This document shows, one piece after another, positions 7,483-16,004 of a DNA stretch of 48,826 nt. The notes beneath the pieces were generated by a model. That model made no database searches and was not told the origin of the DNA. It saw nothing but the letters and a program-made list of their open reading frames with translations. Location of the stretch: IMG/VR virus record IMGVR_UViG_3300042691_051905; one strand, given 5' to 3'. Each line of letters begins with the position of its first letter. The first letter of the stretch is position 1. A program made the position numbers and the translations under genes. The DNA is from a virus.

Positions 7483-9009
7483 ATGTCTCGTTATCTGAGG
7501 GCGCTGGGCATGTTCATGCCCGGCTATGCCATGCGCATCGCCCGCGCGCAAATCGCGCTGCGCGGGTATGATGCCGCGCAGGTCGGCCGCCGCACATCCT
7601 CCTTCCGGCAGGGCAGGGGCTCCGCCAACGCCGAAATTGCCCGCGCCCTGCCCATCCTGCGGGAGCGCAGCCGCGAATTCGTGCGGAATTCATGGATCGG
7701 GCCCCGCGCGCTTGATGTGCTGACCAGCCATGTCATCGGCACCGATCTCACGGTGCGCTTTGATACCGGCTCGGCGAAGGACGACAAGATCGCCCAAAAT
7801 CTCTGGGACGAATGGACCACCCATGCCGACATCCAGGAGGAAGGCAACTTCCTGTCCGAAGTGTCGCTTGCCTTTCGCGCCGCCATGGAGGGCGGCGATT
7901 CCATCATCCGCATGCGGGCGCTCAGCCTCGGCGAGATGGGCGCGCGCCGCGTGCCTATGGCGCTGCATGTCGGCGAGGGCGACCTGATCGACCACGAACG
8001 CGACCGCCTGGCGCTCACCAATGCCCAGGCCCGCGCCCGCCTGGGTGTGGAACTGGGCGCGAATGATCGCCGCGTGGGTTACTGGCTGCACAACATGGCA
8101 CCGGGCGAGCCGGGCCACGCGATTGCGGGTGGCCTTACCTCCGAACTCGTGCCCCGGCGCGATGTCGTGCATCTTTACCGGCGCCTGCGCCCCGGCCAAT
8201 TGCGTGGCGTGCCGGCCTTTTCGCCGGTGCTGACAACCGCCCGCGACTTCGCGGACCTGATGGATTCGCTCGTCGTGAAGGAGCGGATGCAGGCGAATAT
8301 CGGGATTTTCATCGAAAGCGGCGATGCTGCTGCCGGCCCCCTCCCGAAGGAGGCCACATCTTCCGCCGCCACCGGCCCCGCCTCGGGGCTCGATGAAATC
8401 GGCCTGCGACCGGGCATGATCGCGCGGCTCAAGGCCGGCGAGAAAATGCAGGGCTTTGCCCCGGCCGGGAATTCCAGCTTCGAGCCGGTCGCCATCGCCG
8501 CGTTGCAGGGCATCGCGGCGGGTGTGGGCTGCACTTACGACCAGATCACCGGCGATTTGCGGCAGGCGAATTATTCCAGTCTCCGCAAAGGCAACATCGA
8601 GTTCCGGCGCCTGGTTGCCGATCTGCAATGGAACATGCTGGAACCGCAGGTTCTGAGCCGCATCACCGACCGCTGGGTTGAGCTTGCCATTCTGGCAGGC
8701 GTGCTGCCGCGTCGTCGCCATGGCTGGCGTCGTCGTTGCGTGATGTCTGCGCCAGAACCGATCGACCCCAAGAAGGACCTGGAGGCCGATATCCTCGCGG
8801 TGCGCGCCGGACGCATGTCGCCGCAGGATTTCATCGGCGCATGGGGCCGCGACTGGCGCGAGGTGGTTGCCGATTGGGAAACCTTCCTTGCGGAAATCGA
8901 CCCCAAGGGCCTGATTTTCGATCTCGATCCGCGCCAGCGCACCCGCACCGGCCAGGCCGTGCAGGAGCCCGCGCAACCCCAAACCCCGGATGAAGAGGAG
9001 CCCGCATGA
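7483..9009 (+). CDS. Portal protein, lambda (gpB) family
   Basis: 508 aa from ATG 7483 (MSRYLRALGMF...AQVGRRTSSFRQGRGSANAEI..RERSREFVRNSWIGPRALDVLTSHVIG). The upstream part of the track ORF (7423) overlaps gpW. Confidence 0.9.
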   Translation: MSRYLRALGMFMPGYAMRIARAQIALRGYDAAQVGRRTSSFRQGRGSANAEIARALPILRERSREFVRNSWIGPRALDVLTSHVIGTDLTVRFDTGSAKDDKIAQNLWDEWTTHADIQEEGNFLSEVSLAFRAAMEGGDSIIRMRALSLGEMGARRVPMALHVGEGDLIDHERDRLALTNAQARARLGVELGANDRRVGYWLHNMAPGEPGHAIAGGLTSELVPRRDVVHLYRRLRPGQLRGVPAFSPVLTTARDFADLMDSLVVKERMQANIGIFIESGDAAAGPLPKEATSSAATGPASGLDEIGLRPGMIARLKAGEKMQGFAPAGNSSFEPVAIAALQGIAAGVGCTYDQITGDLRQANYSSLRKGNIEFRRLVADLQWNMLEPQVLSRITDRWVELAILAGVLPRRRHGWRRRCVMSAPEPIDPKKDLEADILAVRAGRMSPQDFIGAWGRDWREVVADWETFLAEIDPKGLIFDLDPRQRTRTGQAVQEPAQPQTPDEEEPA

Positions 9010-10964
9010 ACGCGCACTTTGCCATGATGGGCGCCCAGACGCGCCTTGCGACGATCAACACAGCCGACGTGACTGCGCGCACCATTGAGGTGACATGGAC
9101 GACTGGAGCGCCAGTCCGCCGACGCGTGTGGCGCGACGGACAGGGATATCTTCCTTTCGACGAGGAGCTCGAGGTTTCCCAGCGCGCGATCGACTTCACG
9201 CGCTTGAGCGCGGGCGCCGCTGTCGTCGATAGCCACGACACCTACTCCACGCGCAATCAAGTCGCCGTAGTCGAGCGGGCATGGATCGTCGGGGAGGAGG
9301 GACGGGCAACCATTCGGTTCCCCTCGCCTGGCATTGATCCTGCTGCTGATCGCATGTGGGGGATGGCGAATGAGGGCATCATCCGGAACATTTCGGTCGG
9401 CTACCGGGTGATTGAGGCGGAATACATCGACCCGGTTCGCGTCGGCGAGGCAGGGAAGATGCGGGTCACGCGCTGGATGCCCTTTGAGCTTTCGTTTGTC
9501 GTGGTGGGCGCCGACGCTGGCGCCCAAACCCGTTCCGCGCCCGACAGTGACCTTGAACCCATCGTTTTCAACCGGGCCGCCGCGCCCATTACCCAGGAGT
9601 CCGAAATGCCGGACAATGAGAACCGCGCCGCGGCGGAAGAGCCCGTGAACGCGCAGAACACCGAAACCCGTGCCGCCCCGGCTCCGCAGGCTGATCTGCG
9701 CGCCGAGCGCTCCCGCGTGGCCGAAATCACCCGCCTTGCTCAGGAGCATGGCGTTGATTCCGCCCGCAGCGTCGAAGCCATCGAGCAGGGCGAGACGCTC
9801 GACGCGTTCCGCGCCTTCGTGCTCGGTCAGATTACCCAGCGTCAGCGCCCGTCAAGCCATGTGCGCGTCGAGCAGGACGAGACGGAAACCCGCCGCCTCG
9901 GCATGCAGGAAGCCATCATTCGCGGCATGGGCTTTGGCGAGGGGCAGGTCAGCGAGCACGCCAGGCCCTACATGGACCTCTCGCTTGTGGCCCTCGCGGC
10001 CGAGCGCATGGGCGTGCGCCGCGTGCCGGAAACCTTCGGCGAGCGCCAGCAGCTTCTTGAGCGCTCGATGCACACCACCTCGGATTTTCCGATCATCCTC
10101 GAATCGGCACTGAATGTCTCGATCGGCCAGCGCTATCTGCGCCTCACGCCCACCTATCGCGAATGGGCGCGCCGGGATGATTTCGTCGATTTCCGCCCGC
10201 ATACCACGGTCAATATCGGCGACTTTCCGATGCTGCAGCGCGTCGGCGAGGCCGGCGAGATCAGGTTCGGCACGGTTGGCGAAAAGAAGGAAACCGTCGC
10301 GGTGGCCTCCTACGCGCGCGGCCTCGCCTTCTCCCGCCAGCTTCTGGTGAATGACCGCCTCGGCGCGCTCGGCCGGGTTCTGGCCGATTATGGCCAGACC
10401 ATCGCGCTCCTCGAAGAGAACCTCGCCTATGCCCAGCTTGCGCTGAATTCCGGCGCCGGCCCCAACCTGCTGGAGCCGCTCGTGGCCGGCAACCCGGCCA
10501 CCGGCGCGATGTTCCACGCCCAGCGCAACAACCTTGCGAGCACCGCAACACCCATCAACGAAGCCGGTCTGAGCGCCGGCCGCGCGGCCATGCGCAAATA
10601 CACGAGCGTGGACGGCAACACGCTGCTCTACACCCCGGCCTCCTTCATCCTCTGCTCGCCCGACAAGGAAACCGAAGCGCAGAAACTCGTGACCACGATC
10701 CTGGCGAACCAGACCCAGAGCGTGAACGTGTTCTCGGGCCTGCGCGTGGTTGTCGGCAATCAGCTTTCCGGCAACCGCTGGTGGCTCTTCACCGATCCTT
10801 CGGCGCGCTCGAATTTCCGCTACGGCCTGCTTGAAGGCTTCACCGCCCCGCGCGTTCGGATGGACGAGCCTTTCGGCAGCCAGGGCATGCGCGTCACGGT
10901 CGAGCATGATTTCGGCATCGGCGGCGATGATTGGCGCGCCGCGTTCTGCAACCCGGGCGCGTAA
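9006..10964 (+). CDS. Fused prohead protease (HK97/U35-like) and major capsid protein ORF
   Basis: 652 aa. The N-terminal ~200 aa carry protease-like VVDSHD and ISVGYRV motifs. An Ala/Glu-rich linker follows (AERSRVAEITRLAQEHG), then a C-terminal capsid-like domain. ATGA overlap with the portal stop. An internal in-frame ATG at 9606 is preceded by AGGAG. Confidence 0.8.
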   Translation: MNAHFAMMGAQTRLATINTADVTARTIEVTWTTGAPVRRRVWRDGQGYLPFDEELEVSQRAIDFTRLSAGAAVVDSHDTYSTRNQVAVVERAWIVGEEGRATIRFPSPGIDPAADRMWGMANEGIIRNISVGYRVIEAEYIDPVRVGEAGKMRVTRWMPFELSFVVVGADAGAQTRSAPDSDLEPIVFNRAAAPITQESEMPDNENRAAAEEPVNAQNTETRAAPAPQADLRAERSRVAEITRLAQEHGVDSARSVEAIEQGETLDAFRAFVLGQITQRQRPSSHVRVEQDETETRRLGMQEAIIRGMGFGEGQVSEHARPYMDLSLVALAAERMGVRRVPETFGERQQLLERSMHTTSDFPIILESALNVSIGQRYLRLTPTYREWARRDDFVDFRPHTTVNIGDFPMLQRVGEAGEIRFGTVGEKKETVAVASYARGLAFSRQLLVNDRLGALGRVLADYGQTIALLEENLAYAQLALNSGAGPNLLEPLVAGNPATGAMFHAQRNNLASTATPINEAGLSAGRAAMRKYTSVDGNTLLYTPASFILCSPDKETEAQKLVTTILANQTQSVNVFSGLRVVVGNQLSGNRWWLFTDPSARSNFRYGLLEGFTAPRVRMDEPFGSQGMRVTVEHDFGIGGDDWRAAFCNPGA

Positions 10965-10975
10965 GCTGCACCCCG

Positions 10976-11049
10976 GCCGCGGCCCTTGCCGCGGCTATTT
11001 CCCACCTTACCCGCCGCGGCCCTTGCCGCGGCCATTTCCCACCTTACCC
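10976..11049 (+). repeat. Tandem 37-bp repeat (x2), each unit with a GCCGCGGC-CCTT-GCCGCGGC hairpin
   Basis: Units are 10976..11012 and 11013..11049, 36/37 identical. They lie between the capsid stop (10964) and the RBS of the next gene. Confidence 0.9.
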
Positions 11050-11060
11050 GGAGAATAACC

Positions 11061-11402
11061 ATGGCGAAAAACTTCCTTCAGGAGGGCAAGACCCTCGAAT
11101 TTGTCGCCCCCGCGGGCGGCGTGGTCGCCGGTCGCGGCTACATGATCGGCGACACCTTTGTCGTCGCCATGACGAACGCCAACGCGACCGAACTCTTCAA
11201 TGGCCGCACCGATGGCGTCTTCGCCCTGCAGAAGGCCGCTACCATCACCCCGGCCCCCGGCGCCCGGCTCTTCGTGATTGCCGCCACCGGCGTCATCACC
11301 AACGTCGCCTCGGGCAATATCCACATCGGCACGCATGCAGGCTCGGTGGCGGCTGGCACCAACGACGCGACCATCCCGGTTCGCCTCGGCATCGTGGCAT
11401 GA
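11061..11402 (+). CDS. DUF2190-family head decoration/cement protein
   Basis: 113 aa from ATG 11061 with RBS GGAGAA. MAKNFLQEGKTLEFVAPAGGVVAGRGYMIGDTFVVAM...GVFALQKA matches the DUF2190 pattern. It lies directly after the capsid gene. Confidence 0.8.
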   Translation: MAKNFLQEGKTLEFVAPAGGVVAGRGYMIGDTFVVAMTNANATELFNGRTDGVFALQKAATITPAPGARLFVIAATGVITNVASGNIHIGTHAGSVAAGTNDATIPVRLGIVA

Positions 11403-11608
11403 TCATGGCGCGCTGCCCCTCTTGCGCGGAGCGCGCCGCCCACCTCTCCGAGGCCGGGCGCGCGCTGGCGCGCGGGCAGGTGCGCGCTGCCCTGCATCAT
11501 TCCGGCGCGGTGGCCCGCTCGGCGGCCGCCTCACTTTCCGCCCTGCCCAGGCCCCCGGCCGGGCAGATCAGCGCGAAGGTCGCCAATATTCTCGCCAGGG
11601 TGCGCTGA
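11399..11608 (+). CDS. Small hypothetical protein (CPSC motif)
   Basis: 69 aa. Its ATG overlaps the upstream stop (ATGA), third-position GC is high, and its stop overlaps the next ATG (TGATG). Confidence 0.4.
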   Translation: MIMARCPSCAERAAHLSEAGRALARGQVRAALHHSGAVARSAAASLSALPRPPAGQISAKVANILARVR

Positions 11609-12219
11609 TGCTCATTTTCAGCACGAACACCACAATCACCGGGCTCGATAACCTGGTGAAGGCGGCCGGCCCCTCCGCGAATACCGGCATTGCCCGCGCG
11701 CTGAACCGCACGGGCACTGTGGTCAAAAACGGATACTTGCGCGAAGTGCGCAAGGTCTTGGGCATTAGCAAGCATAAACACGCAAAAGCTGGCGCCGTGG
11801 CGGCGGTCAGCAAGCGAACATCGGTGCGCCGCGCGAATGCCGCCCGCCTTGAATACTCCCTTGCCGGCTTCGGAAAAGGGCTGGACCTGCTTTTCTACCA
11901 GGCCAAAGAAACACCATCGGGCTTGAACGTCTTCTGGCTTGGCTCGCGGAAGGTTGTCCCAAAAACCTTTTACCTTGGCGGCCGCTTCCCCTCCCGTCGC
12001 GGCGGCTTCGGCCCCAAACGGGGCATGAGCGCCGAACGCATCGGCACAGGTCCGAAAGCCCTGCGCTTCAGTCCGAAGGGGCCCGGCATTCCCGAGGGCA
12101 TGGTGGCGAAGGGGCCTGCCGCGCATTGGGAAAATCAGGCCCGCGCTCGCCTCGGCCCGCGCATCGCGCATGAATTGACCGCCATCCTTCTGGGGCATGC
12201 GCCGGGGGCGATAGAATGA
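11608..12219 (+). CDS. Tail-completion protein, lambda gpZ-like (tentative)
   Basis: 203 aa. ARALNRTGTVVKNGYLREVRKVLGI and the C-terminal RLGPRIAHELTAIL resemble the gpZ pattern by eye. It sits in the head-tail connector block. Confidence 0.5.
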   Translation: MLIFSTNTTITGLDNLVKAAGPSANTGIARALNRTGTVVKNGYLREVRKVLGISKHKHAKAGAVAAVSKRTSVRRANAARLEYSLAGFGKGLDLLFYQAKETPSGLNVFWLGSRKVVPKTFYLGGRFPSRRGGFGPKRGMSAERIGTGPKALRFSPKGPGIPEGMVAKGPAAHWENQARARLGPRIAHELTAILLGHAPGAIE

Positions 12220-12629
12220 ACTCTCCGTTCTCCGGGCTTGCCGCCCTCGCTTCCGGCGTCATTCACACCCTTCATGGCCAGCCGGCCCGGCTCCTGCCGC
12301 GCCGGATCAACATGAGCAAGGGGCCGAATGCGGCCCGCGTGGTCGATGTCGATCCCGCCCGGCCGGAGGTTGCCTGCCGCGTGGTGCGCACCGAATTCCC
12401 CGAGCGTTTCAACGTGGCGGATAATGGCATTGGCCGGAATCCCGGCATGATGCGCATCGCCCCCACCGGCGCGCGGTTCCTCGTCACCTTCCCCGAGGGC
12501 ATGGAGGTCCGGCCCCGCAAGGGCGACCTGCTGACCTTCGATGACAGGCCAGAGCTTGAATACGAGCTCGGCGAAACCATGCCCGGTGACATGCCCGGCA
12601 TCACCTTCGCCTATTCCCTGAAGGGCTGA
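12216..12629 (+). CDS. Head-tail joining protein, FII-like (tentative)
   Basis: 137 aa with a ..PRKGDLLTFDDRPELEYELGETMPGDMPG.. pattern. Overlapping start/stop with its neighbour. Confidence 0.45.
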   Translation: MNSPFSGLAALASGVIHTLHGQPARLLPRRINMSKGPNAARVVDVDPARPEVACRVVRTEFPERFNVADNGIGRNPGMMRIAPTGARFLVTFPEGMEVRPRKGDLLTFDDRPELEYELGETMPGDMPGITFAYSLKG

Positions 12630-12633
12630 ACCC

Positions 12634-13413
12634 ATGGCACTCAATCGCACGGCCCTGCGCCTCGCGGTGATCGAGGATCTGGCCCCGCATGCCCTGCACG
12701 CAATCGATTCCGGCTGGCCAACCCTTGCCGGCGGCCGCGTGATCGACACCGCGCTTGATCGCGCCTTCGATGGCTGGGACGGCACGCGAAAATGCTTCGT
12801 CGCGGTCTATATCGACGGCGCGAGCCGCAAGGCGCGCGATGATCAGGACATGGCGCGCGATTCAATCGATGAATGCACCCTTGGCATTGAAATCGCCCTG
12901 CCCCTTTCCGCAAAAGACGAGGACGGCAATCTCCTGGTCGATGTGCCGCAGACCGATGCGGAAGCCGAGGCCATGCTTGACCTGATCGAGGCGCAGATCC
13001 ATGAGAGGATCGAATGGGCGCGCATGGATGGCCTGCTCGCCATCCCGCTGATCGGCATTTCGAAGGCATCCTCCGAGCCGCAGCGCGATCCCGATCTCGG
13101 CGTTCGCGTTTCGGCCCGGCGCATTGAATATGATTGCACGATCCGCCAGCAGGAGCATCTCCCCTCGGGCCAGAGCGGGCTTGCGCGCCTGCCCTCGCCG
13201 CTCCGCGAAGTGGCGCAGCGCCTGCCCCGCGGCTCGGCGGCTCTCGATACCTGCTTGCGCCTGGTGGCCGCGATGGCCGAGCCGGCAAGCCTCGCAGACC
13301 TTGAAACCTTCCGCATCGCGGCATCGCTTGCCCGTGAAGGCGGTTCCGCCAACCCGCCCGCCTTTGCCAATGGCGAGGGCGGCGACAAGCAAGCCTCGGT
13401 GACCTTCCCATGA
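12634..13413 (+). CDS. Hypothetical virion (neck/tail-terminator region) protein
   Basis: 259 aa in the connector block of the late operon. No motif recognised. Confidence 0.5.
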   Translation: MALNRTALRLAVIEDLAPHALHAIDSGWPTLAGGRVIDTALDRAFDGWDGTRKCFVAVYIDGASRKARDDQDMARDSIDECTLGIEIALPLSAKDEDGNLLVDVPQTDAEAEAMLDLIEAQIHERIEWARMDGLLAIPLIGISKASSEPQRDPDLGVRVSARRIEYDCTIRQQEHLPSGQSGLARLPSPLREVAQRLPRGSAALDTCLRLVAAMAEPASLADLETFRIAASLAREGGSANPPAFANGEGGDKQASVTFP

Positions 13414-13610
13414 AAGTGAAGCTTTCCAACCCGCAGGGGCTCCTGCCCTGGCCGGGCGTCTCCGGCCGCGTCGTGACGGCCGCCGAGACAATCGACATCG
13501 ACCCCTTTCACCCGTTCTGGAGCCAATGCCTGGCCGATGGAACATTGATCGAGGTTTCGGACAAGCCCGCCGCCCCGAAACCCGAATCCAAGCCCGCCGC
13601 CAAGGAGTGA
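13410..13610 (+). CDS. Mu gp38-like small protein (DUF2635-like)
   Basis: 66 aa immediately upstream of the sheath gene. The MKVK...FW..CLADGTLIEV pattern is as in Mu-like gp38 proteins. Confidence 0.55.
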   Translation: MKVKLSNPQGLLPWPGVSGRVVTAAETIDIDPFHPFWSQCLADGTLIEVSDKPAAPKPESKPAAKE

Positions 13611-13613
13611 CCG

Positions 13614-15104
13614 ATGCCCGTTCTCTTCAATTTCATCCCCGGCTCGGGCCTGCTCGCGCCGGGCACCTTCATCGAGCGCTCCAGCGCCGGCCAGTCCGAG
13701 AATGTGTCCTGGGCGCTGGTCATGGGCCACAAGGCATCCGCCGGCTCGCTCGCGAATGATGCACCGCGCATCTGCACCACCGTGCAGGAGGCCGGCCAGC
13801 TTGCGGGCAACGGCTCGCAGCTTTATGAAATCTTCCGCAAGGTGCGCCGCACCGCGCCCGCCGCCACCATCTACATGGTCTCCATTCCCGCCACCGGCAC
13901 GGTCGCCGCATGGACGGCCACCATCGGCGCGCTGGCAAGTGCCGGCGGCCTGGCCACCATCGAGATCGCCGGTCGCCGGGTCTCGATCACCGTCGCCCCC
14001 TCCGAGGCCGCGGCGACCACGGCCACCAACCTCGCCGCCGCCATCAACGCCTTCGTCAATCCGGTCACGCTCGAGTATCTGCCGGTCACGGCCGCCGCCG
14101 CCAGCAATGTGGTGACGCTGACGGCCCGCCATGCCGGCATCACCATGAACGAGATCGAGATTGCCGTTGACGGCTCGATCCCCGGCAACCTCTTCACCGC
14201 CACCACCCTCACCATCGCGCAGACCGCCACGGCCACCGGCGCCGCCAATATCAACGCGGCGCTGGCCGCCATGGGCGATCTTCCCTTTCATGCGATCATC
14301 TCACCCTTCGGCGATGATGCGAGCATCTCGGCCGCGAAATCCGCCCTCTCCGATCTCACCGGCCGCTGGGCATGGAACCAGCAACTCTACGGGCATTATT
14401 TCACCGTGCGGACCGACGCAATCGGCAACCTCACGACCCTGGGGCTTTCGCAGAACGACGATCACATCACCGTGCTCGGCCGCTTCGCCTCGCCCACGCC
14501 CTCCTGGGAATGGCTGGGCGGCCTCGTTGGTCGCGTCCTGCCCTGGCTGGGCGATTCGACCTCCGGCAACGTCACGCGCAACCAGAGCGACCTTGGCGGC
14601 GACGGCATTCGCCCGCCGCGCGACCGCTCGACCTGGCCGAGCTACGCCACCCGCAACGCGCTTCTCGGCTCCGGCATCTCGACCTGGAAGGTCAACGCGA
14701 GCGGCGAAGTGGTGATCGACAAGCTCATCACCATGCGCCGCAACAATGATGCCGGCCAGCCCGACACCACTTACCGCGAAATTCAACACATATTCGCGGC
14801 GCTTCACGCGCTGCTCTACATGCGGGCCGGCCTCTCCTTCCGCCACGCCAACAAGTCGATTGCGGACGAGAACCCGGCCAACGTGCCAACCATCTCCACC
14901 CCGGCCGACATCAAGGCCGACCTGATCGCACTCTATGGTGATCTTGTTGATCGCGGCCTGATGGAAAACCGCAGCGCCTTCGCCGCGGCCCTGGTCGTCG
15001 AGCGCGACGTGACCCAGCGCAGCCGGGTGAATATCGGCCTTGGCAACATGGATGTGGTGAACCCGCTCGATATCCTGGCGATCAACGCGACGTTTCGAGC
15101 CTGA
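13614..15104 (+). CDS. Contractile tail sheath protein (Mu gpL-like)
   Basis: 496 aa, AAGGAG RBS. The N-terminus is MPVLFNFIPGSGLLAPGTFIE. It sits upstream of the tube, chaperone and tape measure genes. Confidence 0.85.
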   Translation: MPVLFNFIPGSGLLAPGTFIERSSAGQSENVSWALVMGHKASAGSLANDAPRICTTVQEAGQLAGNGSQLYEIFRKVRRTAPAATIYMVSIPATGTVAAWTATIGALASAGGLATIEIAGRRVSITVAPSEAAATTATNLAAAINAFVNPVTLEYLPVTAAAASNVVTLTARHAGITMNEIEIAVDGSIPGNLFTATTLTIAQTATATGAANINAALAAMGDLPFHAIISPFGDDASISAAKSALSDLTGRWAWNQQLYGHYFTVRTDAIGNLTTLGLSQNDDHITVLGRFASPTPSWEWLGGLVGRVLPWLGDSTSGNVTRNQSDLGGDGIRPPRDRSTWPSYATRNALLGSGISTWKVNASGEVVIDKLITMRRNNDAGQPDTTYREIQHIFAALHALLYMRAGLSFRHANKSIADENPANVPTISTPADIKADLIALYGDLVDRGLMENRSAFAAALVVERDVTQRSRVNIGLGNMDVVNPLDILAINATFRA

Positions 15105-15191
15105 TTGCCGGGCCTGATTACCGGGCCGAACGCAAGGCACCCCACCGGCCCGCGCCAGAGCGCGGGTTTTCCCTTCTGAGAGGAACAAATC

Positions 15192-15572
15192 ATGGCTGAT
15201 TATGGCCTGCTGAAGATCCGGCTCACCGATGGCCGAAACATCAAGGTGCGCGGCACCGCCACGGAAATTTCGTCGCCCGTCAGCGCCGAGGCCATCGTCA
15301 ACCATGACGGTTCCCTCGATCGCAGCTTTACCGCGCGGGCTTACGAGCTTTCGATCTCCTTTGCCGCGCGCGACGAAAGCAACAACCTCGTGAATGTCCA
15401 TGAACTGATCCGCGCCGCCCCGGCCAGCATCTCGGTGATCTCCGCGGGCGAAAGGGCCATCCGCACCTATTCGCGCGCGGTCTTCATCGGCGAAGCCTCC
15501 ACCGATCTCAATACCGGCGAAGTCACCGGCATGATGGTGCGGGCCGAGGGCCGCGAGGTGAACAATGTCTGA
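15192..15572 (+). CDS. Tail tube protein (Mu gpM-like)
   Basis: 126 aa between the sheath and chaperone genes, with a GAGAGGAA RBS. Confidence 0.75.
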   Translation: MADYGLLKIRLTDGRNIKVRGTATEISSPVSAEAIVNHDGSLDRSFTARAYELSISFAARDESNNLVNVHELIRAAPASISVISAGERAIRTYSRAVFIGEASTDLNTGEVTGMMVRAEGREVNNV

Positions 15573-15906
15573 GGCGCTCAACCGCAGCGACCTGCCCGAT
15601 GGATCGGTCCGGCTCGACTTCGCCGAACCGATCCCCGATGGCGCCGAGCCGAAAAAGAGCCTTGTGGTGCGCCGCCCGACCATCGGCGAGCAGATGCGGC
15701 TTGGCGACCCGCTGACCTGGGTGATCGACGACAAGGCAACCATGCCCGTGGTCAGCCGCCCGCTGGTTGAGGATTACGCCCGCCTGCTCATCACCGGGCA
15801 TGATTGGGACTTCGTTTCCCGCGCCACGAACATGGCGCTCGGCATGGCGATCGAGGAAGCGATCCTTGGTTTTTTTCGCAGCGCGCGGACCACGTCGAAA
15901 CCCTGA
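15565..15906 (+). CDS. Tail assembly chaperone, short (zero-frame) product (Mu gp41 / P2 gpE-like)
   Basis: 113 aa directly upstream of the tape measure gene. It contains the slippery run at 15870..15876. Confidence 0.8.
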   Translation: MSEALNRSDLPDGSVRLDFAEPIPDGAEPKKSLVVRRPTIGEQMRLGDPLTWVIDDKATMPVVSRPLVEDYARLLITGHDWDFVSRATNMALGMAIEEAILGFFRSARTTSKP

Positions 15907-16001
15907 TCCGCGCTTTGGTGCAGGCGGGGCTCCCGCCTTCCGAAATTGAACGCATGAATGTGCCGCATGCCCTGCGCTGGCTCGGCATCCTGAGAGGGTG
16001 A
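15565..16001 (+). CDS. Tail assembly chaperone, -1 frameshift fusion product, join(15565..15876,15876..16001)
   Basis: The zero frame reads GGT TTT TTT CGC. The -1 frame is open from the slippery site to TGA 15999..16001, 3 nt before the tape measure ATG. The predicted fusion is 145 aa. Confidence 0.7.
15870..15876 (+). promoter_or_regulatory. Programmed -1 ribosomal frameshift heptamer T_TTT_TTT
   Basis: It is a perfect X_XXY_YYZ heptamer in the zero frame. A 7-bp GC stem (15883..15889 pairing with 15907..15913) starts 6 nt downstream. Confidence 0.7.
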
Positions 16002-16004
16002 GCC

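Noticed and set aside
15093-15170. Tandem CCTGATT(G/A)CCGGG x2 and a CCCGCGC-CAGA-GCGCGGG-TTTT hairpin between the sheath and tube genes.
   Set aside because: The stem is short (7 bp) and the T-run has only 4 T. It could be a weak attenuator balancing the sheath:tube ratio, but the evidence is too thin for a separate call.
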